DNA of 63,783 nucleotides, counting the filler, from Reclinomonas americana ATCC 50394 (lineage: Eukaryota): assembly GCA_048213135.1 (NCBI GenBank). It is 29 parts of 29 records of this genome, joined end to end, with 100 filler letters (N's around TTAATTAATTAA, not from the genome) between each part and the next. Parts side by side here need not be neighbours in the genome. Positions count along the whole stretch, not along the records: positions 42,557 to 45,075 come from AFZH01024861.1; positions 45,176 to 47,691 come from AFZH01024862.1; positions 47,792 to 50,304 come from AFZH01024863.1; positions 50,405 to 52,912 come from AFZH01024864.1; positions 53,013 to 55,515 come from AFZH01024865.1; positions 55,616 to 56,806 come from AFZH01024866.1; 23 more parts are not named here. One strand, 5' to 3'. The translations under genes were made by a program, and so were the position numbers. Under the pieces are notes generated by a model. That model ran no database searches. It saw only the letters and a list, made by a program, of their open reading frames with translations, and was not told where the DNA came from. Positions 42,557 through 55,669 of this stretch are shown one piece after another. Each line of letters starts with the position of its first letter. Position 1 is the first letter of the stretch.

Positions 42557-44910
42557 TGAGATGCCATCATTGTGGCCACACAGCTGCTGACTGTACTGTC
42601 GCGCTTGCAGCTGTGCGAGGCACAGAGCATGAATGCTCAGGAGGTGGTCGACCTGATGCAGGCGCTCACCAACGTGTTTAACCTCAATCCGTCGGCAGTG
42701 GAATTGCCGGCTGTCACACAGCGACTGGGAGCGATTGTCGGCTTGCTCACTCGCACGTTTCGTTCGCGTCAAGAGTTAATCGTCAAGACTGTAACTCACC
42801 GCCTTTCGTCGCAACAGCGACAACCACATGCTGCCGAAGTACGTGGTGCAGGCACTCGATCAGTGTGGCAAGGGTGCCACTGCCGTTCGAGCGTTTGCGC
42901 AGGACACGGCGCTGTTGACTGTGTTCCTGCAGGTTCGCCATGCGTAGTGTGATTTGCGCCGCGGTGCTTCCTTTCTTCCTCACACGCATGCGCTTGTTTT
43001 GCCACAGGCCTTGCCGAGATGGCAGGACTACTTGGAGCAGTTGCTGTCGACGCTGACGAGCATCACGTACAAGGCGCCGGAGACCGTGTCCATTATTCAT
43101 GTGCGCATTAGTGCAGTGGGGGTTCTACACTTGGTGGTCATCGCTTACTGCTCCTGCTACTGCAGAACACGGGCGGCACTGCCATTCTCATTGATATCCT
43201 GCGAGGCACTCGACCGCAAAGTGTAAAGACCAAGGCGGCTCAGATTTTGAAAAAGATGGCTGCCGACCCCAGGTATTTGCGTCTCGCGTGGGGCTTGCTG
43301 TGCGTCCTCCACACCTAACCCTCTTGCCGTTCAGTGTGGGCGCGTCGGTCAATGCGGCCTTGCAGCAATCGGGAGTGTGGCAGCAGTACTCGGATGTTCC
43401 TGTCGCCTCGGTGGTCAGCGTGTCGGGCACTGGGTCCAGCAGCAGTGGCTTCGGAACCATGGCTGCGTCGTCAGCAGCGGCAGCGGCGGCGCCGGCGCCA
43501 GACACGCGTCGACACACTGTCGGCGCGGGCCTCGGACCAGTGCCTGTGGTCGGTGCTGGCGGTTTTGGGTGAGTCATGTTGTGATGATCTCTTTCTTCTC
43601 CTCTTTTCAAGTTACTGAAATCGTGGACCGACAGCTCGACGGGGGCGACCGGTGCCAGTGGGTTTGGTGGCAGCTCGAATCTGCCGCCTCTGCCTTCCAG
43701 TGGTGGACTTCCACCCATGGGAGGTGGTCTTCCGCCAATGGCAGGTGCCGGCGGCTTGCCACCGATGCAATTCTCACCGCAACAACCGCCAGCCGCACCG
43801 CCTGTTGCGTCTCGCACACTTTGTTTGTGTGTCCATTTGTGAGAATTTGCTGACAAGCGTATATCGATGCAGCGGCCTGCATCAATGGCCTATGCTGCGC
43901 CTCTGCCAGCCTTCAATACAACGCCTGCGCCGCCACCCATGTCGTCCATGATGCCCCCAATGCAGCCTCCGCAGCTTCCTCCACCGCAGCAGCAGCAACA
44001 GCCGGCGTTTGTGTTGCCTGGACTCGCACCACCCACTGGCATTCCGTCCATGACGGGTGGCGGTATGATGATGGGCAGCGCGGCACCACCACCACCGCCA
44101 CCGCCGATGATGTCTGCAATGGCGGGTCAGCCGCAGCCGGTGCGCGTGCTCCCCGTGGCACCAGCTCCTGCTGCCGCCGCCCCTGCCCCGGTCTTTGGTG
44201 CGCCACCTGGCCAACCGCAGCCTGTGCGACTGCCGATGCCACCACCGCCGCCGAGTGCGGCAGCGGCAGCGCCACCGGCGCCTCCACCACGCTCGAGCAT
44301 GTCACTGCCTCCGGTTCCCTCGCCACAGGCCGGAGCACCACCACCACCACCACCACCGCCTCCGCCACCACCGCCACCACCACCAGGGTTTGTTGATCGA
44401 CCGACATGCACTGGAAGAGAGAAAAGCTGACTCGTTACTTGTCTTGAAAATGCAGCGGTGCACCACCACCACCCCCACCACCGCCACCACCCCCACCTGG
44501 AGGCGCACCAATGCCCCCACCACCAGGCGGTGCCGGTCGCGGAGCGCTCTTGGCCTCCATTCGTGGCGGAGCGAAGCTCAAGAAAGTCGCGGTTTGTAAT
44601 GCATTAGGAGGACATGAAGAGAGTCCCACCATTGCTCACTGCTTCCCGTCTATGCACAGCCACCACCCGAGCGACCACCCCCCGGACGGGTACGCACCTA
44701 ATCATCTGCCCCCACCCGTATGACCCGTATCCTGCCTGACCAATAACTCGTACACAGGGAGGAAGCGGCAGTGGTGCCAGCAGCGCAGCAGGCGGATCAG
44801 CAGGAGGAGGAGGAGGAGGACGCGGACCTCCAGCAGGCGGCGGCGGCGGCGGCATGATGGGCGAAATGGCCGCCGCACTGGCAGCTCGTCGCAACAAAAC
44901 CGGCCAATGA
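42557..44910 (+). CDS. Helical (RME-8/DNAJC13 C-terminus-like) domain + polyproline + WH2 + VASP-like F-actin motif; 5'-truncated
   Basis: Spliced SVKTKAAQILKKMAADPSVGASVNAALQQSGVWQQYSD, long poly-Pro, GRGALLASIRGGAKLKKVA (WH2, 44535-44591), GGGGMMGEMAAALAARRNK. TGA at 44908-44910. Confidence 0.75.
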
Positions 44911-45175
44911 TGTCGATGAAAGGGAAATGAAATTTCATGGCATTGCGTGCGTTGTTTTGCGTTTCAATCAACTTGCAAAAGAGAAGTAAAGCAAATGAGC
45001 ACATTCAAGGGGGCCTTGCAACCTGTCAAACCGCGCAATGGTGTGTAAAGAGAGAGTGAACGAGAGAGCGCAGAGNNNNNNNNNNNNNNNNNNNNNNNNN
45101 NNNNNNNNNNNNNNNNNNNTTAATTAATTAANNNNNNNNNNNNNNNNNNNNNNNNNNNNNNNNNNNNNNNNNNNN

Positions 45176-47691
45176 GCAATTGGGTGAGCGGAGCAGTGTG
45201 TGGATGAGAGAGAGCACGCAGAGGACGCACCAAACGACTCGCTGATCTTCTTGTTTGGTGCGCGAATCTCCAGCCGCGTCAGATCCGACGACAGGAACAC
45301 GTGCCTTGCCGCGCATGGTACTGGATGGCCGTGCAACTGTAGGGAGGCGCGATGATTCTCAGTCAGTGTGCGGAGGTGACAGAGCGCAGCGGACGAAGCG
45401 AGCAACGTACCATGCACGTCTGGGTCGATTTCGGGTTGGGCTTGAACACCTGGCAACCGCGCAGCATGAACAGGACCACGCCCTGCACTTGCTCGAGTTC
45501 GTCACCCTCCAACATTGGCGACTGACGAAGAGAAAGAGAAAGAATACATGAGTAATCGAGAGTGTACAAGTAACTCGAGCCACGCTGATGCAACCAACCT
45601 GCGGGCCAAACAAACGCAGTCCCTCGGGCGGCAACAGCTGATGCAAGTGGCCGTTCGCTTCACTCGACACACCGGTGACCTGAGTCTGTGTCGGCAGACC
45701 TACACACAAGAGATGAGCGCAAATGGCGAGAGAGAGAAAGAGAAGAATGTCGAGTGCTGGCATACCTTCGCTATCGGAGCTGTCGTACCCGTCGCCGAGA
45801 TTGTCAAACATCAGCGCGTCGTCGCTCGGCAGCGTCATTCTCGACGGGAGCGACGCATGTCCGTGACCGTTGGACGGCGCTGGCCCCCGCGACGACGATA
45901 ATGAGGATGAACCCTCACCACGGGCGCTGAGATGCGTGGGTGCCGTCGACGACATGGCTCTCGGGGTGGAGTACGCGCTGGCCGACTTGACTGGCGGTTG
46001 CATAGGTGCTGCTGCGGCCATGGACGACGGCGCCGCGGAGCGCAGTGGTGTACGCGCCGCACGCGATCTTGAGGCAGACTGAGAGCGTGTGGCCGAGGTG
46101 GAACGACCGTTGCCACGCGCCGAAGGCACCTCCGGCTCAATGTCGAGCACACGGCGATCGCGACCCGGACTCGCCGTCGGTGACATGTGGTGCAAGAAGG
46201 GCGAGGCTCGTCCCTGCGTCACACACGTCAGACCCACTCATCCATCCCTCCCTCCCTCACACTGTCAGACAAGACACTCACCCTCTTGCGACTGCTGTCG
46301 CGGTACATGGCGTCGGGCAGCTGATCGCCATTCAAAATGCCGCACACCAACTGATTCTCCACAAACGGATCGGCGTTGTACTCTGGCGGCAACTCCTCCG
46401 GCGTAAAGCCCTCATCCAGACACTGCGAAGCACACACAGGAGACCGATCAGGAAAAAAAACTCTTGACAACGCGGGGCAAAACACGGACTGCACGCACCT
46501 CGGCTCGTTGCTGATGGAACTCGGCTCGCATCTTTTCAAAATTGCGGTGCGCTCGAGCGGCCATCGCACGCAGCTTCTTGTCGCGGGCGACCGAGTCACG
46601 CTGCAACGCATCGTCGTGCTCCACCGCCACACGCTGCGACTCGTCGCGCAGACGCACACATTCGGCAGCACACTGACGCAAACTGCAGTCGCAGACAACC
46701 AACACCGTGAGCACACCACAACACCAACGGAGCCAGAGGGATTCGATTGAACACGCAACATCTTCGTGGCATTCCTCAGCTTGCCCTCCCGCACGCCCAG
46801 CTCCTGGTCAATGTCGGCAACACTGGCGGTCAACTCCTGCTTTAATCTGGAAATCTCCCTCCGTGTCTCGTCGCTGTTGGAACACTGGTCAGCGACAACA
46901 GCTTCCTTCTCACTTGTGAGAGAGACACACGGCACGCAACATTTGACTTTGCGCCTGCTGCGTCAGGAGTGAACACGTGCTCAATTCCGCTTGCCGGTCG
47001 GCCACCACCGACTGCAGCCACGTCAGGTGCTCGTCGGCCTTGGCCAATGCCTCCTTTGATCTCGCCAGCTTCTCACGATGCTCCTGCAACTCCTTTCGCA
47101 GCACGCGGATGCGCTCGTGCGCCGCTGCCGTCTCCTCCTCCATCTTGCGCAACTCGTCCTTCAGCTGGGCCACCTGCGCCTCGCCCTTCGACAGCTCCTC
47201 GGTGCGTCCGTCCTTGGCACTGTCTTGAGCCGCAATCACATCCTGAATCGCCATGTTGAGCTCCGAATGCAGCAGTCGCAGTTGCTCCTCCGCCCGTCTC
47301 CGATCCGAGATGGCGTCCTCGTATTGTTGCACGACCTCACAAAACGCTGCAATGCGCTGCTGCGTCTCTTGTCGGACGTGAACCTGTTACCATAAACCAC
47401 ACAAGGAGGGGTGAGCGAATGCACAACAAATCAGGTATCACCCCCTCCCCCGCGAGTTGTTGCCGCACCTCAATGTCCTTTAGCTGGTCCTCCATCATCT
47501 TGAAAGCCAGTTCGGAACCATACGTGTGCTCCATATCACGGAACTCTCCCTGTGCGACAACGAGACGGCCGTGAACATCCTTGCAGACGCATGCACAGAG
47601 GCGCAGAGGGTGCACGAAACCTGCTTTGATCGCGCAATCTCCTCCAGCCTAAACTGCAACTGTTGTCGCAGACTGATCTCCAGTTGCTGTC
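45176..47691 (-). CDS. Coiled-coil protein with possible C-terminal PH-like domain, partial, spliced
   Basis: Long heptad regions (ORF 46910..47332), then FMLRGCQVFK...RHVFLSSDLTRLEI. Confidence 0.55.
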
Positions 47692-47791
47692 NNNNNNNNN
47701 NNNNNNNNNNNNNNNNNNNNNNNNNNNNNNNNNNNTTAATTAATTAANNNNNNNNNNNNNNNNNNNNNNNNNNNNNNNNNNNNNNNNNNNN

Positions 47792-47937
<146 letters not shown>

Positions 47938-47989
47938 TCGCGTCAGCAAGGAAGTCGTCAATCATCAACGACAGCATGGGCACACACCT

Positions 47990-50304
47990 TTTGAAAGCTT
48001 CGAATTCGTCAACGACACAGTTGCGTCGCCGGACATGCAGAGGTGCGCGCCTGATTGTGACACATCAGTTAATCATTGATGATGGCACAGAAAATGCAGA
48101 GGAGGACACACACCTCCAAGTGTCGACGTTGCCTGCGTTGATGTGAGCTGCAAAAACGAGGCGATGCCTTCGCCATTGACGGCCACCGATCCACCGCAAC
48201 CATAGACCATGGAGCTCGCTATCACGTCGCTCACCGACGACAGTGTGGCAGTGTCTTGGACTGCTACTGCGCCGCCGATGCCCTGTGTGGCAAGCAGAGT
48301 GTGAGAGACTCTCGACCGGAGGACATCGATTCATTCCCTTCGTGAACGCAACGTTACTGGCGATAGAGCTCACAATTGTGTTGTTGAAGGTGTTGGCGCC
48401 CGAGGATTCACGAAGCATCCACGTGCCGCCTACGCAGAATGCTCATTGGCACAGGTGGCAAAGAAACGCAAACAAAAAGACAGCTGTACAAATCACACCA
48501 ACCTGACAGTGCAGCATTGCAAGTGTAATAGTGACTGCTGTTGCTCGTCAGCTGCGCGGTTCCCACAATATAAAAGGCTCCTGTGTTATCGCACAAAACG
48601 AGCTGCGATCAGAATGTGGCTAGGACAACGCAAACAAAGCACGTTGAATTTGACTGCACACCGCCGTGGGCCGTATATGCCATGCAATTAATGAACTGCG
48701 AATTGATGACTTCAACTACGGAGACGTCTTCGGCTGCCACCGCTCCACCGTACGCTGCTTGGCTGTGGCGGAAAATGTAACGCAAAGTGTTTGGTATGGT
48801 GGCAGGAGCCGCACATACACACACACATTGAGAGAGAGAGCGAGAGAGAGAGAGAGTTTACCTCTGGAAAAAGTAGGCCCTGATGACACACGATTAGCAA
48901 AGTGGCAAGACGTGTCGAGACAAGGTATCTCGGCGCGCAACTGATTCAGCGAGAGCTTGGAGTTGGAGGACAGCGCGAAAGATCCACCGTGCAAGGCCGT
49001 ATTCGTCACCATTCTGTCGAGAATGGAAGTCCACGAGGCTTCCACAGCCAACATGGCCGCACCACTACATACACATTAGTGAGCGGAAAAAACAACAGCT
49101 GGTCAGCTCGACATTACGCAACGCCGTGTTGGCAGAATTGCTGGTAAAGTTGCACGAGGTGCTGACAACGATGGTTGGCGTGTCAATGTAGACCGCACCG
49201 CCTTCTTTGATGGCTCTGTTGTTCACAAAGTTGACCTGGGCAACCCGCAGTGTCAAGCACGATATAAAGAATGACAATACAGGGCGAGCGCTGCGCAACT
49301 CGCACAAAATCGATGGCACCCCTGACAACCAGGGCTCTGCGGCAGGCGAGGAGGTTACAACCGACTACTGAGAAGGAAAGCGCACGTGCGTATGCAGTCA
49401 TCAGCTCACCCTCCATTAGTCGCCTCGTTGAACATGAATGTCGAATCGCCGACTCCAACCTGAATCATGTCGCCTTTCATCCCCACAGCGCCGCCAGCAT
49501 CAGCTGTGCAATTGAAGAACTGGCCGATAATGGCACCACTGCCATTCTCGACCATGATGCAACCACCTGCATGTGCGTGAGCGAGCGAACAAGAAATGTA
49601 GCTGGATAAAGTATCTATTTTGACTGACCATTCGTAGCAATCGGGCTGACATAGCCGGGAGGTACAACGACATTGACAGAGTTGAGGAAAAACTGCATCA
49701 ATTGCACCGGCGATGAGTGCGCACAGCAGCGCAACGGAGACAGATCACGACAAAGCTTACAGACCGATACGTCTTGGAAAATGAAATCGCGCACGCTGGC
49801 GTAAACGCCACCGCCGCCAACCTATTCATGGGAAAGCAGGTCAGCAACAGTCTCATGAATTTGGGCGTGTGGGAGCCAATCTACGCAACACTGTACGTGG
49901 CGCTGGAACGGCTACGCACATCGGCAATACCGGCAGGAAGGTTTACCGAGAACTGGTGCTGGTTCACCGTCAAGTAGCGAGCGAACAATCGCATGGTGGT
50001 GGAGACAAACATGGCAGCTGCACACATAGCGAATTGGCATGAACGAAGGATCCCACAAGCGCATCAAGCAGGCACTGTTTTCCAACAGACCTCCGCCACC
50101 GAGAATGACATTGGACGGCACCGAGTTGCCAGCGCTGCACAAATCGAACGAGATGAGCGCAAGCGACGTGTGCAGAGCATCAACACGTCCGCACACAACT
50201 CTGGCGTGCAGATGACATTCACGTCAACGACGTTGCTGGCAAACAAGCCGCCGAGACTGAACAGAGAATCGGTGAGGGTGTCGACGTTGAGATACACAAA
50301 GAGG
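47990..50304 (-). CDS. POMP-repeat (GGA[IV]/FxxN) right-handed beta-helix surface protein, partial, many introns
   Basis: FVNNRAIKEGGAVYID...CNFTSNSA, TNTALHGGSF, HSQAAYGGAVAA. Confidence 0.7.
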
Positions 50305-50568
50305 NNNNNNNNNNNNNNNNNNNNNNNNNNNNNNNNNNNNNNNNNNNNTTAATTAATTAANNNNNNNNNNNNNNNNNNNNNNNNNNNNNNNNNNNNNNNN
50401 NNNNTTCTCTTCTTTCTTCTCCTCTCCTCTCCTTTCCTCACCTCACCTCACCTCCCTCTCCCTCTTCCCTCTTCCCTCTTCCCTCTTCCCTCTTCCCTCT
50501 TTCCTCTCCTCTCCTCTCCTCTCTTCTCTCCTCCCTTCTCCTTTCCCCACCCCCTTATCCCTTCTAAC

Positions 50569-52300
50569 CATTGTCGCCGGCCGCGCACCCCTGTGTGCTG
50601 CCTCAAAGGCAAACAACACCTGGTACATGTCGTGCAAGAGTCGCGGCATGTCCACCTTGGCGAAATCCAACAGCAGTGTGGTTGGCTCCAGCAGTTCGTC
50701 CGCCAGCGGTCGCTGTATGTGCACGCACGATAAGGCGACCTCGCATGAAGGGAAATGCTATTCCTTGTGAGATACAGACGCAACATGAGACACCTGCAGC
50801 GGCTGTCGCACTTGCACAAAATGACCGCCGCCCGTGTACGGCGCAAAGCCGCGCGTGTCACCAATCCAAAAACTGTACGGATCACGCACGTGGACCGTGA
50901 ATGTGCCACTGTTCAGCTCCTCCATGCCCTCGACCAGCGTGAAGCGGACGACGGAGCCGTCGCCGAGTCCGTGTCGCTGATCGGGCGACACGGTGACGAG
51001 ACCACGCTCACTCTGTTCGACCCCAATCACCATGCCCTGCGCCAGCTCCTCGCCCGTCGGATCCGACGACACCCACGACTCGCCGACATCGACAAAGCAC
51101 AGCGCCGACAGGCCACGCATCGCCGCCCACACCAGCGGCACCGAGTGCGCGCGGCAAATCGTGTTCCACGCCACCAGCTCCTCCAGGGCTGTCGCAGAGT
51201 GAATGAGGCGGGAAGGGGGAGAATGAGGAAGAGAGGGAGACTCACACTTGTGTTCGGTGACGACCACGGCGGAGAAGGTGGCGAGCATGTGCTCCTCCAG
51301 TGCGCCTCGCAGCAAAGTGACACGGGCAGTGGGGTTGAGCTCCTCGATGGCGCGCAGTGAGGCCTCCCCGCGACTCACTCCGGTGGTGACGTGGGTTTCG
51401 CGGAGGAAGAACTAAAGGGGGGAGAGGGGGAGAAGGAGGGAAAGGAGGGGAAAGGAGGAGGGAGGAGAGGCGAAAGGGAGAAGGGAGGAGACGAGGCGAA
51501 GAGATGAACATGCAGAGAAGGAGGAAGAGGACGTGAGAAGAGGGAAAGAAGAAGGAGAACAAAGCACGCACAGGAATGAGAACGAAGATCAAAACGAAGA
51601 AAAAGAACATGGATGAATAGGAGCAAGACAAAGAACAAGGAGGATTAGGAATACGGGAACGGGGAGAACGAGAAGGTGTAGAGGAAGAACAACAGCAAGA
51701 AGGAGAAGAAGAAGAAAAAGCAGAAAGAACACACAGTACACCAAAGGGGAAGAGGAGGGGATGATAGAAGTGGAGAGGCAGCAGATGAGCGAGAAAAGGC
51801 GAAGTTGACGAAGAAGAACAAGGAGACAATCAAGAAGGAGAGAGACAGAGGAGGGAGAGGCGAAGTGAGTCACAGTTGACACTCTGCAGCTGAAAACCCA
51901 AACAAACCTGCGTGTTCAGATCCGCCATGCAACACGGCCGATGATCAATGTCGGCAATGGTCAGACTGGAGATGCCTGACAACACCAGGTTCTTGGCTGT
52001 TCGCCACAGGAACACAACAAGAGTGTGAGAAGGAGGAGGAGGAGGAAGAAGAAGGCGAAGGACAGGGTAGAAGAAGCAGAAACGGAGATAACTGCGAAGA
52101 ATGTGGGGTGGGGAGGGGAGGAGGATGAGGAAGAAGAAAAAGCAAAGAATGAAAGGAAGAATGAGAAAGGATGCATAGAAACGTGAGAAGAATGCAGGGG
52201 AAGAGGATAAAGATAAGGGGAGGACGAGGACGTAGAGACGAAGAAGAGAAGGAGAAGAAGAGGGCTGACGCAGAGTACTGAGAACACGCACATTAGAGAT

Positions 52301-52345
<45 letters not shown>

Positions 52346-52903
52346 ACTGATAATTGCACACCAGTGAGTGCAAGCCACACCTCCCCTCCCTTCTCCTCCT
52401 CCTCCCGTGTCTCTCTCTTCTTCCTCCGTTCTCCGCAAACACCCTTCGTCCACAATGCCAAAAATACATACCGATCTCTGTGCATGCATTCCTCCCCTCT
52501 CACCTGTCACTTCTCCTCTCTCTCCTCTCCGCATATCCTCCTTTCTCCTCTCTTCCTCTTCTCCCCTCTTCTCCTTCCTTCACGCCAATGCACAATCAAT
52601 CTCTGCATTCACGCCATTTCTTGATCTCTCCTCCTCTCTCCTCTCCTCTCCTCCCCTCTCCTCTCTACTCTCTGATCCCCTCTCCTCTCTCTCCCTCCCT
52701 TCCCCTCTCCCCTTCTCCCTCTCCCTCTCCCTCTCCGTCTCCCTCTTGTCCTCCCCTTCCCTTCCCTCTCCTTTCTCCTCACCAATCTCTGCCGCCACCC
52801 CATCACACCCAACAAGCAACACCCGCGCGCCACTAAGTCGCCGCATAGCCTCATCTCCAATCGCCAAAACCTGCCGATCATAGCGCGCAAGATCGTACGA
52901 CAT
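50569..52903 (-). CDS. UBA1: Ubiquitin-activating enzyme E1 (UBA1-like), N-terminal part
   Basis: ARYDRQVLAIGDEAMRRL...VLLVGCDGVAAEI|AKNLVLSGISSLTIAD...DLNTQ|FFLRE...ELNP, RHGLGDGSVVRFTLVEGMEELN, DPYSFWIGDT, QVRQP...DFAK. Introns 52782-51997, 51907-51412, 51245-51189, 50784-50713. Confidence 0.92.
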
Positions 52904-53434
52904 GGGAAAGACNNNNNNNNNNNNNNNNNNNNNNNNNNNNNNNNNNNNNNNNNNNNTTAATTAATTAANNNNNNNNNNNNNNNNNNNNNNNNNNNNNNNN
53001 NNNNNNNNNNNNCTCTCTTCTGTCTCTTCTGTACTGCACCTGCGCGCCTTGTACTTTGTTGTGTGTTTCCCCCTTTTTATGTATGTCTGTCTGTCTGTCG
53101 GTGTGGTGTGCGTGTGTGAGCCGTGATGCTTGCACACCGACTCACTCCCCCTCCTGCGTGTTTGCCTGTGTCCATACATGTTGCAGTGGTGTGGTCGGCG
53201 ACTGCCCGACGAGCCTGCTCCTCCTTCCCGAGTGTTTGTGTGATGATGGAATGTCCGAGAGAACGAAAAGAAAGAAAGGAGAAGAAGCGAGGGCTGTGCT
53301 CGTATGTGGCGGTCAAGCTGTGACCTACCCTTACCTCCCCCCTGCAAGGCGCCACAAAATGAAGCGTGTGTTCGTATCATGCATGCATCATCACTCCACG
53401 ATCATTCTTTTTCCTCTTATTATTTTTCGTTGTC

Positions 53435-55515
53435 TCAGAGCGCCAAGGAGCTGCTCTGTGGCCGACCGCTGCTCTGCGGCTTGCTGGCCGATGTCGGCGT
53501 GAGCAGAACCGTGGCGCTGTTGCGCCGCCCATTCGCACCGGACACGGCTGTTTTGGACCAATAAGGCGTGTTCGAATTCGCGATGCTCTCTCTCCGCGGC
53601 ACCGCCGGCGGGCGTGCCACCGCACGTCGGATGATCAGTGCCAGCACTGCCGCCACTGCAGCACCCAGCACGACCAGCATCAGGCTCACCGGTGCAAAAC
53701 CTACGGAGGAAAAACAGGTCAGCGGTTGGTTTTCCAATCTTGAATATCGGAGATCGAATGTCGTGTGTACCTTGGCTGCTGCTGGCGACCTCTGTCTTGG
53801 TGTCAGTGTGGCCAGTGGCGACACGGACACTGTTGATCGTCGTCGTCGTCGTCGCCGGCAGCACCAGGCGGTACGTGCCAGCCGCCGACAATGACGCCTG
53901 CAGTGTGCCAGTGGTGCTGTCGAACGAGAGCGTGTTCGGATCCACTTCTACCTCGCTCGTCACCGAGTTGCCGTCGCTGTCCACGTCGGTGGTGACATGC
54001 ACCAAGCTCGCATCAGCAGGCTGCATCGTCGGAGGGCGACAGTGTCAGCGAAGGCGGGTCGGAGAAGAGAAGAGTTGTCATGAGGAACACTCACGATTGG
54101 CGAAACCGCGGCAGTGACTGTCACCGATCCCAACCAGCGGGCGTTGGCTGGCGTGGTGAACACCTCAAACGTGCCAACGCTCACACCGGCGCCACTGTCG
54201 ATAATCCGGATGCCGGCGTGAGTGGGCTCACCAATGGGACTGCAGACGAGAAATTTAAACGACATTAGTCGGCTATAGCGGAGGAGAAACGAGCCACGGT
54301 TCGACAACAAACGCCACCTGTACTGCAATGCTCCACCGGCCACTGTGACCGAGAGAGCGGCCTGGGTGATCGAGTCGGCGTCGAGGGAGATGATCATCGG
54401 GACGGTGCTGACTGGCAGATCGAACGCTCCCGACAGCACACGATTGTCACCAATCGCCACGGCGGCCACACCACTCGGCATCGCCACATCGACGAGTAGC
54501 GGCTCGCTCGGCAAGCTCACCAGCATGGCGGTGCGGAAAGTGGAGATCGTGGTCACCTTCCAGCGCATGCGAGTGTTGGCTCCCATGACTCGCTGCAAAT
54601 CCGCAGTGGGAATGGCAAACTGGAAAAAGTCGCCCATGTCCATCGTATGGTCCGCCGGCCAGTCGGCGTATCGGACGCTGCGTAAGCGGTGGAGAGTGAG
54701 ACATTGGCATCACAGTTGCAGTCGAGGAGAGCGAGTGGCCACTCTTACCCGTTGCTGTCGGTGGCTCGCACCACGAACTGCATCGGCGGCTCGTCTGCCG
54801 TGCGCAGCTGTCGCTGCTCGTGCTTCCACGACACCATGGTGATGGAGGAGCCGCTCTCGTCACGCACGGTGTGCGCAGTGACGCCATAAGCCGGGTCCGG
54901 TCGTGCGTCGCCCTGTGTCACCACCACGGCCTCGGTCGACCACGGTCCCCAGCCCGGCTCGTCAGTGTAGGTCGCACGCACGCGAACGGTGTATGGGGTT
55001 CCTGCGAATGTGCAAAACTAGAAGTGAGACGCCGTCTACCAGCGCTTTCTCTTTCTATATGTGTGCATGCCAGCACGTACCAGCCAGCAATGGTGTCAGC
55101 ACACGCTCCAGCGGTCGTGCCTGCACGCGGTTGTTCGCCGTGTACCAGGTGGCGCCACCGGCACGTCGATACTGCACCTCGTAGTCCATCGACACGGCGG
55201 GATCGGCATCTTGCGGTGGATTCCACTCGACGCGCACCAATCGCGAGGAGACCAGGATGCTTCGCATTTGCATCGGCGCCGACGGCACTGTGTGTGGCAC
55301 AAGTCAGCAATCGATGCGTGTTCAAATCGCTCGGTATTCCTCCCGAACCTGCGGAGCGCGTGGTGACGGAGCGAGTGCTGCTGATGCCTCCGCCAGTCAC
55401 GGCCTCGGCGGAGTCGCTCTCGTGTACCCCACGCCACGCGTGCACGCGAATGTCGGTGCAGGTGGTGTGTGGCTGCAGTCCACCGACATGATAGCTGAAC
55501 TCGCGAGAGTTAACG
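53435..55515 (-). CDS. Type I membrane protein with fibronectin type III domain, 5'-truncated, spliced
   Basis: VPSAP...VRVEWNPPQD...YEVQYRR...YTVRVRA...GWGPWS (FN3). TM LMLVVLGAAVAAVLALII followed by RR. Confidence 0.8.
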
Positions 55516-55669
55516 NNNNNNNNNNNNNNNNNNNNNNNNNNNNNNNNNNNNNNNNNNNNTTAATTAATTAANNNNNNNNNNNNNNNNNNNNNNNNNNNNN
55601 NNNNNNNNNNNNNNNCGACGACGATGCGACGGTCGAGATCGCTGAACTCGCGGCCGATGTGAATACTGC

